NCBI GenBank assembly: GCA_008632985.1
Contig: QPGO01000129.1
Span: 1 to 64,000, forward strand
Source: Psammoneis japonica
Taxonomy: Eukaryota
Length of the DNA: 64,000 nt
Reading direction: 5' to 3'
Of the stretch, positions 38,220-49,960 are shown one piece after another. Below the pieces are notes generated by a model. That model made no database searches. It saw only the letters and a program-made list of their open reading frames with translations, and had not been told where the DNA came from. How positions within the stretch are numbered: position 1 is the first letter of the stretch; each line of letters opens with the position of its first letter. The position numbers were made by a program, and so were the translations under genes.

Positions 38220-38900
38220 TCATCCAACTCCAGCAACAGCGGCTTGGCCCTTTTTTCAGTGGTGAGTGGATGGGTGCCTGTGCTGGAGCAATGGCTGTGG
38301 CTCACCCTTTCATTTTGGCACACGACTCTGCCCACCTCGGCACCATGAACTGCTCCGTTTCATCCCAATGACTCTCTGCTGCTCCTGCCATTCTTCTCTT
38401 GGACAACAAGGCAGCTGTTCAGATGAGCGTCAATGACCAGCAGACCAAAGTGCACGAGCCACATTGATCGAAGTCACCAACATGTCCGAGAGGGGCACCA
38501 GTGCGGCCATCATGTCCTTGTTTGGATCCCAGCAGAATCTCAACTCTCGGACATCCTCACAAAAACTCAGGCCGCCGAGAAGATCTGGATCATGGCAGAT
38601 CGTGCTCTTTGGCATCTCCCTGCATGCATGACCTCTGGCCAGCAGAGCTTCATCCCACATTCCACCATTCAATTCAGGGGGGGGTTGACAGGAATCGACC
38701 GTCATCACGGTCGCCACTGTCAATGGCCGACCGTTGTCAAGGTGGCTGTTAGAATCTCATGGCTGAGCAATGCCCACAGTCAGCTGAGAATGACTGAACT
38801 GTTTGTTTTGCGTGGGAATGATTTTTATGAAATCTGCTCCGTGCTTGCCGACTGTTTTCAATCAGTTCTCGGTTCAGAGACTGGCTCTGAACCTCTCACA
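38220..38900 (+). mobile_element. Ty1/copia (CoDi-like) remnant: RNase H, polypurine tract and 3' LTR
   Basis: GEWMGACAGAMAVAH, ILLLDNKAAVQM, TSHIDRSHQHVREG, LVWIPAESQLSDILTK; PPT AGGGGGGGG at 38676-38684; LTR-like TGACA...CA ~38686-38900. Confidence 0.85.
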
Positions 38901-39041
38901 ATGTCTAAAACACTCTTTTGTGCACGGTGTTGACCTTCTCTAGTTTACTCTAGCTAGCCTTGCCGTTCGGCACAGGATTGATCACCCTTGGTTCCCTTCG
39001 GCTAGACCCGCTAGAGTTTTCATTCCCCATCACAGTGCGAG

Positions 39042-39374
39042 ATGAGGACCTGCGCTGCATGTGACAAGCCTGCCACCAAGAAGTGCTCTCGCTGTAAACG
39101 AGTAGGCTATTGCAGTGAAGACCATCAAAAGGAATGCTGGAAGAAGCACATAAAGACCTGCTTTCCTCCGGGCAGCACATGTACGAGATGTAAGAAAAAC
39201 TTGGATATTTCTCCAGAGGACGAGTGCATCAACAACGGGCACGGAGGCCTCGTGATGATGGACATGATGCCGAGACCGGATGGATCTGCCCGTTTTCAAT
39301 GTTTGCATTGTAGAGATGTAATCATTGCTGGCCCTTCTCTGGCCTTGTTGAACCTTTGTCCTTTCAGAAATTGA
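39042..39374 (+). CDS. MYND zinc-finger protein
   Basis: CAACDKPATKKCSRCKRVGYCSEDHQKECWKKHIKTC. Confidence 0.85.
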   Translation: MRTCAACDKPATKKCSRCKRVGYCSEDHQKECWKKHIKTCFPPGSTCTRCKKNLDISPEDECINNGHGGLVMMDMMPRPDGSARFQCLHCRDVIIAGPSLALLNLCPFRN

Positions 39375-39408
39375 CAGAATGATGTCTTCCTCCCTCTCGA
39401 GTGCCTCC

Positions 39409-40199
39409 TCACCCCCCTTCCGAAGCAGCAAACAGAATGCATAAAATAGCATTCCCAAACAACACTGCCTTCATAACCGCGTGGAGATTTCGTTGAGTCT
39501 GTATGGCCTCGAATTCATGGATGAGCTCCTTCAATTCATCTTCTGAACGTTCGGTTAAAGTTGCTCCTCGGAACTCTTTTGCCATTGCCATCAGAATCTT
39601 TAACGTATCCGCAGTAACTCTGAGATTGACCGTACTTTTAATTTCTTCGTCCAGCTGGGCCAATATATCAAGCTGATCCTTCGCAGAGTATGGGCGCACA
39701 ACAAATCCAAGAAATCCCGACCGCCGCTTTATCATGTCATCTAATTTCTTGATTGTAACATAGGAGACCTCCATGAAGCTATGAAAGGTTTTCTCTGCCC
39801 AATCATTGGTTCCCTCGATTTCCTCAATGAATTGAGTAACTTCGCCTAAAACACTAACCAATGCTTCTATTTTCGCAAACAAGTTGAGCATTTCCTCACC
39901 AACCCTTGAGCTATCATTGAACGATTCGAGGATTGGCACGAGAATCTGAAAGGCGCCTCCGACAATTGGGGCCGCACCGGCAATCCTGCTTGCTGAGATG
40001 ACAAGGCCACTTTTATTGATTGTCTCGAGGCCGTTCATAACTTTCTCAAACCCATCAATTATAGGTTCGATGACACCATTGCGAATCTTGCGGCGCTCGC
40101 ACTTTCCATTATTTCATGTCGCGGTGCTCTTTCCATCTTTTGTTTGGCGTCGGCGACCATCGTCGTAAAGGCGTCGAAATTATTTGGGTCCACCGTCAT
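39409..40199 (-). CDS. Hypothetical helical protein
   Basis: 209-aa ORF 39409-40038, probably extended through a frameshift to MTVDPNNFDAF near 40199; normal composition. Confidence 0.55.
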
Positions 40200-40837
40200 C
40201 GTGAGACTGTGTTTCACTAGCTTTTGTTGTTGTTGATGACAGTGAAAATAAAATATGGTGCATGAGAAGCGGATGAGAAATCGATTCATTTCGCGATGCT
40301 CGGCCATGCCCTGACACCTTCTCTAGACTCTACGACAGCTCTCGTACTGCAAAACGAAATGGTCTTGGGTGGTCTTCATTTCGCGATGCTTGGTTATGAA
40401 ATAATGGACATGGGGGGGTTTCTCATCGCCCGAGTGACACCGAGGTCCGTCAGGCGGCCCCAGAAGAATCGTCTGCCGCGCCGCCGCAGAGCGCCATGGT
40501 GCCCCATAATACGGTACTTCACCGTGTTGTTTCGTCGTCAAAGAGACACAGATTTCAGATCTATCAGGCAGACCGACCACTGCTGATTGGCTGCCCACAA
40601 ATCACCGTTCCAGTTCGTGACTCAGAAATATTTTCGCAGGTGTTCCAAAGATGCGCGACCCGAAGAAACATCACGCCAAAACACCGCACAGCGACCGTGT
40701 CTCACAATTTTCACAAAATGCACACGCGACCAAAAACACCACCAAAATTTGAATCTGCCTCATGTGTCATGTGACGATGTGCCCACAAACACAACGTTTC
40801 ACTATTTTGAACAAATTCGTTCAGCTACTTATTAAAT

Positions 40838-41320
40838 ATGGGTGTTACCATGATGGTTGTCGTAGAACTTGATGACATGATGGGCAGTGCTAGTAAAGCA
40901 CACGACGCTCTCGAAGAAGCAATGGTGGATGAAGATTGCAAATACTGTCGAAAAATCACAAACTTTGACAGGTATAATGTTTCACAACGAGCCATATCTA
41001 TGCGAATGAAACAAGAACAAGAGTACAACAAGGATGCGAGAAAAGTGGCATTCTCAGATCAAATCGAGGTTCGAGAATACGACTTGGTGATTGGGGACCA
41101 CCCCATGTGCAGGGATAATCTACCACTCTCTTTGGGATGGAATTACAACACGTCTTGGAACACAATGGAAGCAAACGATATTTGTGAGCTTGTCAAGTCT
41201 CCACCTAAGCGACTCGGACTCGTCGAACGGTTTCGCCGTCTGAGACGCGTATCTCCGCACCAGCTGAAGCAATGCGATACACGAATGCAAATGCCGGAGA
41301 CCCGTAGAACAAATGAATAA
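40838..41320 (+). CDS. Hypothetical protein of a common diatom family
   Basis: VAFSDQIEVREYDLVIGDHPMCRDNLPLSLGWNY motif. Confidence 0.75.
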   Translation: MGVTMMVVVELDDMMGSASKAHDALEEAMVDEDCKYCRKITNFDRYNVSQRAISMRMKQEQEYNKDARKVAFSDQIEVREYDLVIGDHPMCRDNLPLSLGWNYNTSWNTMEANDICELVKSPPKRLGLVERFRRLRRVSPHQLKQCDTRMQMPETRRTNE

Positions 41321-41418
41321 TAAATGTTCTTTAAAAGGAAAAAAGCTCTAATGTACAATCTTGATTCCACACAACTACTTTTAACAGAAACCGTCACTGC
41401 GCACCACATTAAAAGCTT

Positions 41419-43200
41419 TCATACTGCTAGCTTTTTTGTCTCGTGAAAGAGCTCTCGCAGAGCCTGCAACTCGACTGCATACTTTGTTTCGTTTCGCAAA
41501 TCATTTTGTTCGTACGGATCTTCCACCAAGTTAAACAACTGCTCATAGTCATGAGCGGGCCAGTACATGTACTTCATGTACTTGCTCGAGTCCTTAATCA
41601 CAAAGGCTTCCGATCCAGGGATGCAGGTATTACAGTCAATCTCGGGATGTTCATAGTAAAAGTAATTTCGCCAATCCTCCACGCCCTTTCCAAGGTACAG
41701 TTCGGCCATGTCACGACCTTGCATACGCGACGGTGGTGCCAATCCAGCAGCCGATACAATGGTGGGCGCCAAATCAATGTTCAGGGTAAATTCGTCATTG
41801 ATCGTTCCCATCTTGTCGTCCGCCATGCGCGGGTCTTTAATCACGAGTGGCACTCGAATGGATTCTTGATGCGGATACCACTTATCCGCCAAACCGTGTT
41901 CGGCATGAAAGTTTCCATTGTCCGTTGTAAAGATAACAAGAGTGTTGTCATCCACGCCTTGTCGTTTGAGTTCGTCCAGAATCTTTCCGCTCGTGCTATC
42001 CACTTCGGTCACCATGCGATAAATGTTCTTCATGGTATGTTGATACATTTTGGTTCCATTGTACCGCTTCCTCCAGCGACTACGGCCTTCATTCATGTTC
42101 CAAAAGAAATGGGGCATTGCGTTCCACGCTTCTTCGGTCGCAGTCGGAGCCATGGGAATTGTGGTATTGTTGTACAACGACATGCTTTTCTTTTGAGGAA
42201 TGTACTGCCTTGGATCTCCATCCACCGCGTGTGTGGCAAAGAACGATACAGTCAGCATGAATGGCTTGTCCTTGGGTCGTTTGGCCAAGAATTCGAGTGC
42301 GTCTCGTTCATTCATGGCTGTAATGTGATCGGATCCGTCCTTGGTTTCGTGAAAGCCAGCGTAGCTCTTGAAGACATCAAACTTGTCATGCATTTGTCCA
42401 AGAGAATGCCACTTGCCAACATGACCGACATGATATCCTCCCTTTCTCAATAGCCCATTCATGGTCTCATCCCAGTGATCTAGAAACATTGGTAACGAAT
42501 GATCGCCGCGTTGATGCGGATTGTGCTTGTGTCGACTAAAGTACTGTCCGGTTTGTAGCGTCGCCCGACTAATGCCACAAATGGCCGTCGTGACACAATT
42601 GTGCGAAAACATGATTCCTTCCTCGGCAAGCTGATCGAGAACAGGCGTTTCAATCTCGGCATTGCCCGCTGCTCCAAACACATCGTGACGCCAATCGTCC
42701 GCGTACAGCAACAGAATGTTGAGCTTGTCACTGGATTTCGTCCTTTTAGCGTTCGCAGCAGCAGCAGCCCGTTTCTGTTTCTCTGCTGCTGCAGCCACCG
42801 CTTCTGCTTGTTGCTTTTCCTTTTCTCGCATTTTTCGGTTTTGACGAGTCGTCTCTACCAACACACCCTGTAACTGATCGTACTTTTTCTTCACAGACGA
42901 CAATTCCTTTTCGAGATCCGAAACCTCTTTTTCTTTTTGATTGTACTTTTGTTTCCATCGATTCATACTGTTATCTACCATTTCTTGATGGATTTTCCAA
43001 ACCTCTCTTTCTCGTTCCGGAGCAGCCGCGGACGACGTATGAAAGGCATAAAACTGAACACACGCTACCACGCCGACACACACCATGATGAAAAAGATAC
43101 GAACCGCCAACGACGAAGACGAGTCATGATGATTTCTTCGAGTAGTAGTAGGAGGAGTACTACTATTGTTGTTGTGATTATTATTGCTTGTTGTTGTCAT
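41419..43200 (-). CDS. Sulfatase (formylglycine-dependent) with N-terminal membrane anchor and coiled coil
   Basis: NILLLYADD, CGISRATLQTG, GHVGKWH, FTTDNG, KWYPHQESIRVPL, LFNLVEDPYE. Confidence 0.95.
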   Translation of the reverse strand: MTTTSNNNHNNNSSTPPTTTRRNHHDSSSSLAVRIFFIMVCVGVVACVQFYAFHTSSAAAPEREREVWKIHQEMVDNSMNRWKQKYNQKEKEVSDLEKELSSVKKKYDQLQGVLVETTRQNRKMREKEKQQAEAVAAAAEKQKRAAAAANAKRTKSSDKLNILLLYADDWRHDVFGAAGNAEIETPVLDQLAEEGIMFSHNCVTTAICGISRATLQTGQYFSRHKHNPHQRGDHSLPMFLDHWDETMNGLLRKGGYHVGHVGKWHSLGQMHDKFDVFKSYAGFHETKDGSDHITAMNERDALEFLAKRPKDKPFMLTVSFFATHAVDGDPRQYIPQKKSMSLYNNTTIPMAPTATEEAWNAMPHFFWNMNEGRSRWRKRYNGTKMYQHTMKNIYRMVTEVDSTSGKILDELKRQGVDDNTLVIFTTDNGNFHAEHGLADKWYPHQESIRVPLVIKDPRMADDKMGTINDEFTLNIDLAPTIVSAAGLAPPSRMQGRDMAELYLGKGVEDWRNYFYYEHPEIDCNTCIPGSEAFVIKDSSKYMKYMYWPAHDYEQLFNLVEDPYEQNDLRNETKYAVELQALRELFHETKKLAV

Positions 43201-43848
43201 GGTTGAAACTGCTTATACAAACACAACGGCAGGAATTGTCATTGTCGGCGTTGCGTTGCTTTCACCGCACAATGCTGTCGTGCATCATCGCGAGCTACGC
43301 TCTCGCCTCTCGCGGGGTTGAAGCACGCAGTCATTCTGCAGTCATCAAAAATGTCCCGTGATTGACATACTGTACTGTTGCCCGCGGATTTCCACATACG
43401 TTAGTTCTACGACAGCTCTAGTACAAAAAGATTCGCAGTGGAAGCAAAAATCAAAAATCTGCCCAGAAGATTGGTGTGAGAATTCGTAGTACATTTTCTA
43501 CGTAATTCAACACAAATTTGAAAATTTGGCTGCGATGGACAGACTGCAGATCACGGCGGCGGACGAGCGCAGCAACCAACTCAGTAGCTCGCTAGAGAGT
43601 AGAACAATAGATAACAATTCGATGACGCAGCTTTGGTAGTGATTCCTCTAGCTAGTGCAAGAACTAGCGTCTCGTTACGGCACTCAACGAACCGATGATT
43701 GCGTTTCTAAGAAACATTCGTGGGGTCGGACTCCATGGTGTGATGTGAGATTTGGTCCGCACCAATTTGCACCGGCAAGGTTTAAGCACGCTTGTCACTC
43801 AAAACAAAAACCTCGGATCCCCATTTTTCTTCAAAACTAGCACGTCAT

Positions 43849-44592
43849 TCAAACCACTAGCCTAGTTTGTTCGTCCACACTGTCGTTTCCATCTTGTTCT
43901 GTCGGGTGCCGTTGCTTTGAGCCCAAAAAGAGGAGCGCCTCGGGAACAAGAATAAAGAGGACGGCCAAAATATACTCTTGTTGTGACACGTGTTGACTGA
44001 CGGCATGTGACGCAAATAAAACCAACAAAACAAAGGCCCAGGCACCCAATCCCATTCCGAGACTGACACTCCACGATGCTCCGCTTTCTGTCAAAACCAT
44101 GATCCACATGGCTGCCAACATGAAGCAAAGAAAAGCCGCGGACGGATAACTCAACCATTCTAATTCATGTTGAAGTAGTGCCAAAATGACGCAAAAACTA
44201 GTCGTTGCCTGTCCCAATGCAAGAAATCCCGTAAAGCCCCAACTTGCGGTGGCAAACGTAAGACCCAGCTCGAGCGAAACAAACAGCGTGATGGAAACGA
44301 GGCACAGCTGAGGAAATGGATATATCGTTCCTTTAGAGATACCAACGACAAAGGTTGCGACAATCCCGACGATCGCAATTATTTCCAAAATATTATGGAA
44401 GGGATGAATAAATTCTTGAAAGGACTTGAGAAGCGCAAACGGCGAGGTCAAGATGAGAATGGCCGAGCATTGCAACACGAGTAGCGACCAGACTTTTCTC
44501 AGAAACAAATCATCATCGTCTGCCGTCTTTTCCAATCCACCTCCTTGGACACTTGTAGCCAAAACCAAGGAGCTGCGACGACGACGAGACAT
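43849..44592 (-). CDS. Bax inhibitor-1/TMBIM-like multi-pass membrane protein
   Basis: FLRKVWSLLVLQ, YPFPQLCL, ~7 TM segments, QEYILAVL. Confidence 0.75.
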   Translation of the reverse strand: MSRRRRSSLVLATSVQGGGLEKTADDDDLFLRKVWSLLVLQCSAILILTSPFALLKSFQEFIHPFHNILEIIAIVGIVATFVVGISKGTIYPFPQLCLVSITLFVSLELGLTFATASWGFTGFLALGQATTSFCVILALLQHELEWLSYPSAAFLCFMLAAMWIMVLTESGASWSVSLGMGLGAWAFVLLVLFASHAVSQHVSQQEYILAVLFILVPEALLFLGSKQRHPTEQDGNDSVDEQTRLVV

Positions 44593-44867
44593 GATGATCT
44601 GACTGAGAAGACGTAGTGTCAACCACAACGGCAACGCAATAACAGAAAAATGAGGACGAAAATAGATCGCGCGAACGAAGAATCTTTTTGATAGAGAGTC
44701 GAACGAGTCAAAGATTCTGCCGACACGTCGCGAAAATTCTGAATCATTTTTTTTCTTCGTTGCCTTCTGCGCCGCATTGTTGCTGTTTGTCTCGCACGCT
44801 GTTATTGTTGCATTGCTTTCGTTTTTTTATCATTTCGTGCTGATTGAGATTCTCTCGTAAGGCCGCG

Positions 44868-45266
44868 ATGATTGCGATTCTTTTGCTCAGTCTTTTCATG
44901 ACGGTTTCCGTGCTGTCGTTTTCTCCGATTGCCAACCAGCCGAGAAACGGTTTTCTTACGTCAACAACAACAAGGATTGGCATGTCTCAAGAGGAGGAGA
45001 GCCGTGGCGGTCTCTTTCAACCCGTCAAGGACATGTTTTTGAATTTTGATGACATTGTCGATGACTTTTTCAATAAGCGCATGGGCAATGGGGAAATCTT
45101 TTACGGAAAGCGCAAGTTCAATCCGTCAGGCAAAGTCGAGGGCAAGTACAATGGCATGGGCTTGTCGGATAAGCAACGGATCGATGATACGAGAGAATAC
45201 CGTGCGTTCAGGATAGAGCAGCGAAGACTGAGAGAAGAATTTGAAGAGAGAAATGGAAGAAATTAG
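44868..45266 (+). CDS. Plastid-targeted hypothetical protein
   Basis: Signal peptide ending VLS-F; FDDIVDDFFNKRMGNGEIFYGKRK. Confidence 0.75.
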   Translation: MIAILLLSLFMTVSVLSFSPIANQPRNGFLTSTTTRIGMSQEEESRGGLFQPVKDMFLNFDDIVDDFFNKRMGNGEIFYGKRKFNPSGKVEGKYNGMGLSDKQRIDDTREYRAFRIEQRRLREEFEERNGRN

Positions 45267-45645
45267 AGACGTTGCTGTAGATCAGTAGTCTACTAGTAGA
45301 TCTCTGTGAGGATCTGAGCCGATTGAGTTCTAATAAAGTACAGCGGATTTGATTTGCAGAGGCGGCGCTTTAGTCGATCTAGCGGTAGAGAAGTAAACGA
45401 TTTCTTTTTCTAAATTTGAAAGAGATGCATGATAACACGATGTGCTCGATCCAACGGCTTTGAAAATAGTAGTATCATCTGTTTTGACAACGGAGATACG
45501 CATCAACACGATTGCTGATAAGTCGCGAAGGTGTTTTTCGTGTAGTCGATTGATCCAAATCTCCCTTTCAGCTGCGCCACTGGAACAAAATTACTTGATA
45601 CTGTAGTTAATCCACTACTCGTACCGAAACACGCCATGCTGAACA

Positions 45646-48600
45646 TCAAACCAGCGACTTCGACATGAACTCTTCGTAGCTACCGCCAAAGAGTCGTTCA
45701 ACATCGCGCCGAATCTCCGCTCTCGTGGGAGTCCATCCAGATTCATGCAGCTTGACATATTCTGTCGCAAGTACTTGGGCAATGACGGAACGAGAATGCG
45801 ACCACTTGTAGAGTAGTTGGTCCAAAACTCTCGCATCACTGTGCTGAGCAGTAAAGGCGGTGCCCAGCATCTCTACTCTCATTTGAGTAATCTCTCGAAT
45901 CAAGGACGGATTATTACAGAACCACCAACAGCCATAGATATGTAGGTTTCGAAACTTGGATGCGAGAACACATGCTTCGTGTTGATTGTTTCTCGAGAGA
46001 AAGGTGGCAAGGAAACGAACCTTGGGAAACCGGCTACAGAGACGAGCCAACACGCCGCCGTCGGCAAACGCAACCACTCCGTCTCCTGCTGACTCAAGTT
46101 GTGGATTTACTCCACGGTGAGCACCAATTTTGAGCGCAATCGGCAAATCGCGTTCCTCGCAAACCTTCATTAGCACTTCGGACAGTAAATCACTAGTCTC
46201 GTCAATGACGCTGGCCGAATCGTCCTCTTCAGGAGTGCAATTTGTGTCTTTGTTGGCGACGTCCACAAACGCAAACGGCTCTTTCATGGCATCCTCGTTT
46301 ACTCCAGGTTTATTCACACCTGATAATGGATTGGCGTTTCCTTCGGCTTGCAAGACAAAATTGTGTGGAGTGGATGCCATCATGTACTCGGGCTTCATTG
46401 TGTCACACCAATCACGCAAGTACTGCCTTGCTCCCCCTAATGTAGCTTCGTATCCTGATGCCTTTAAGGATGTTTCGACCGTCTTGCGATCACCGGCTAA
46501 AAGTGGGTCGACACGGAGGGCAGATCGATACCTGGAGGTGTATTCCTAAGGACGAGAAAATCAGGAGGTACAAGGCGTGAGTGACCAAGAGTGAAAACAA
46601 ATGATACGCATCATGCTTCACAAGGTGCCACGAGTTGAAAACTTACCTTCTGCTTTGGTCTCCAGTATTGAGCTTCGTTGGCATCAAAAGGAATGTTGGT
46701 CATGATCGCATACCGTACCCCGGATAGAGAGTAAATCAATTCACTAAAGCGCTCCGTTCCGTCTAGTCCGTCATTGCGGAAGTTTGTATTGTAATATTTT
46801 CGGATCGCCTCGAGGTCACGAGCCTGGATTTCATTAGACAAACCTAGAGTTTGAAGAGTGGTAATGACACCACGGCAAGCTTCGGATACCGGAGACCGAT
46901 CCACAAAGAGAGCTCTCCAGATGACATCCGCCTGTTGTTGCTTGGTCGTGGCAAAGAATGCAGCAGGCATCATGGACGGCGGTGCCGTCATGAAGTACTC
47001 CGCCACCAAGTAATGCTGAACAAGCAAAACACGTGAGGACGAGCAATAAAGGACTGTGATCAGATGCACGGTGATTGCTACTTACGTAGGTCAATAACTC
47101 GTCAATACCCCACAAGCAAAGAGGGCCGTGCGATGGTGGCAATAGATGGGTATGCAAATCAATCGCTACGGCCGAAGCAACTTCAGACACAATCACGGAC
47201 GAAACCAATGTAGAGTTGCCAGAAACGGGGGCTTTCAGTAGGTTGCTGCCGTTGGGAACGGGACTGCTGCGATAGTGCAATGGTTGTCCATTGGCAATAG
47301 AAGGATTGTCAGTCAAGACATTGCAGCTAGTGCCTAGACCATTCGAATAAGGGGGCTTTGAAGCGGCCATTTCCTCCAGCATCGGTGTTATTCCGTCTCC
47401 GGCAACCATTCGTGCATAGAACGTCGCAACCGACATTGTAAACACATCGAACTGACTTTTCGTTTTGCTGTCTTGAGCGACCTTGGCCATATTTCCACCG
47501 TCACTCTTGATGAGATACGACCTGATCACATCTACATAAGCTTGCGGTTGGAGAGGCGATTTTGCTTCATACAGTTCTCCCAGCCAATCCGAGAGTACCA
47601 CGGAAACAGAGCCCGTAGCTCCCTCTTTAGAAACTTTACAGGCACAACGAAACTCGTACCACCCTTCATCAAGATTATGCATGAGCCCATCTGCATATTC
47701 GGTTGTTTCGTTTTCTGCTGGTTCAGTGCCGACGGCACTCTTTTCTAGCCAACCGCGATAGACGCCGTTCTTTCCAGGCTCGGTGGGCGTTAGCCACCTC
47801 AATATGCAGGCAAAGCTAAACGCCATGCATACTGAAATGTCAATTCCCTTTAGCATCAAGTCTTGCACCGTCGGTCCTAATCTTATCCCACCCTTGGCAG
47901 CGCCGTTTTGGGTAATGAAAAAGGTCGAAAGTCCAAAGCTCTTGTGACACAACCTTCGTCGCCAGTCGTCATATGCCAAACGCACCTGCTCCTCATCAAA
48001 TCTCCATGAACCATGCAGTATTTGATTCTCAAACAAGGCATCCAGGTAGTCCAATAGAAGCTTGCCATTGTCGCTGGAGAGGACACTGGTTTGCGTCATT
48101 ATGGTTAATGCCATACAGTGCGCAACGGCCGTGTGCGTACCATTGGCAATTCGCAACTTCAATTCAATGTCTTGCTCCAACTCTTTTGTGGTCGTACGAA
48201 TAACTACACCATGAGACTCCTGCATGGTTGACCACGAGGGTGGTAAATCACCCTCTGGATCTAAAATGACTAGAGCCTTTGCAGGGATTGGCTCGCATCT
48301 CGGCACCATGCCTCCGGATCCGTCTCGCTGAGATGTAATGCGATCCACCATTGTATTTAGAAAGGCAACTTTGGTTTGGAGAAAACTCGTCATGGCTTCA
48401 TCATCCTTGGAGAGATCCAACATGTGCTTCTGGATGACTTGACCGTTGTTTGGGACATTATCCATATCGACAATACAGATGCGACCATGAGGATTCTCGC
48501 AAACAAGAGCAGCATCGTTCTCCGCTATTTGACTCTGAAGCACTTGCAAAATCTTGTACAGACAAGTCATACCCTTGGAAGAGCTTGATGATAATCCTGC

Positions 48601-49139
48601 CTCCGTCACGCCAACGCCGATGACGGAAATACTGCAATTGATGGATGAATCGAGAAGGACGTTTGTAAGTTTCAACTCAGAAGTTTCAAGCTCGACAACT
48701 GACACACAACAACTTACCGTTTCAACCGAGTTGTTAGGAATTCCTCAGCAGCAGCTTGTCCCTCTTTTGTACCAAACGTAAAGGCACCATGACACGGTAC
48801 ATTTTGAGTTTCCACGTCTCCACGAAACGACACGGTATCCACCTCGTAGGACGGATCCGATCGCTGCGACATGTAATCCAAAAACGACCTCCCACGCGAT
48901 TGAATCAAGGCGGTTTTGCCCATGGCTGGTACCAAGACTGATCGCAAGAAGCGACCCGTACCCAAGCATAGACAATCAACCGAATCAGCGTCATTATGAG
49001 TCCAAGAATTGGCAGTAGTCTGCGTCATGGTGGATGACGAGAAGCAACGAAGATTTCTGTTTGTTGAAAAATAAATTCCCTCCAAGATATCAGGGAATCT
49101 GGAATCCTGTAGCGCTTGTTGGTGCAGTGTCGACGTCAT
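45646..49139 (-). CDS. Fusion of mannitol-dehydrogenase-family reductase (UxaB/UxuB-like) and uronate isomerase (UxaC-like)
   Basis: GTGRFLRS, NTMVDRIT, KLRIANGTHT, then DLHTHL, WGIDELLTYHYLVAE, GCWWF, HSDARVLDQLLYKW; GT-AG introns 48632-48717, 47016-47085, 46546-46646 all restore frame; start could be 49028. Confidence 0.9.
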
Positions 49140-49331
49140 GATGATGTCAGCGGTGTCAGATCTGCATTCTCAAATCTGCGAAAAATCTGTGCTCGTGCTT
49201 TTTTTGCGGGCATTCTCAAAGAACACACATCAAACGACCAACCAATCATCGGCATTGAACATCATCGCAAGATACCAAGACGAAATCACTGTATTGTATC
49301 AACGGGAACGAGAAAGAACGACATATTGAAG

Positions 49332-49960
49332 ATGAGAGTTCCTTGCATGTTTCTTTTCATGGCGCCAACCATGGGATTTGTAGTCATTCCGTCTCAAACT
49401 CGGACAGGTCACTCCATGGTTCTCTTTCAGGAGAACAGCCGTACCAGCTGGCCCAAGTATGAGGTGAGGGTATCGCTATTGTAGCTGACTTTGCACCAAG
49501 ATTCGCTTAAATACACAACAGATTCATCATGTGTTGCTTTCTTTTAAAAGCACTCACCAAGGTTGCATTCAACACTCTTTTTTCTCACATATAGCACGAC
49601 TATGTCGACCCGTTAACTCCGCACAAGGTTGAGAGCAAGGTGGAAGATCACATGGATCGAGCCAAGAGGGAAATGGCAGACGAGTATTGGATGAAACAGG
49701 CAGAGATTGACAAGGAACGTTTGCACGAGCTCAATGTCAAGGCGCACCAACTCGAGGATAATGAGGTCGAGGCGCATCCGACGGAAAGCTTTGCTCACTA
49801 CAAGCACGCCAATCTGGACCCCATTACTCCCCATCACCACGATGAGGAGCACCACGACTACATGACACCCGAACAGCGAGCCGCTGCAGATAAGTATTGG
49901 CTAGAGTTGTACCGTCAGGAAAAGGACAAAATGCACGTCCAACAAAAAAAGACCCCTTGA
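49332..49960 (+). CDS. Small His/acid-rich protein with signal peptide and internal duplication
   Basis: Intron 49464-49594 joins MRVPCMFLF...KYE to HDYVDPLTPH...; repeats YEHDYVDPLTPH..ADEYW and YKHANLDPITPH..ADKYW. Confidence 0.7.

Larger units (their letters stand above)
30840..38930. other. TpA-erased domain D3 (degenerate genes, direct repeat/TIR element, copia remnant)
   Basis: Very few TA throughout; CG nearly absent in 30840-32900 and 36700-38000 but partly retained in 32900-36300 and 38400-38900. Confidence 0.92.

Noticed and set aside
30840..38930. Alternative genetic code or foreign (HGT/viral) DNA as the cause of the composition
   Set aside because: TA loss is independent of frame and strand, and it also affects a paralog of a resident gene
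40564..40802. Small TA-poor island
   Set aside because: Too short, CG is intact, and the single TA is ATAT, which does not fit the pattern; may be ordinary promoter composition
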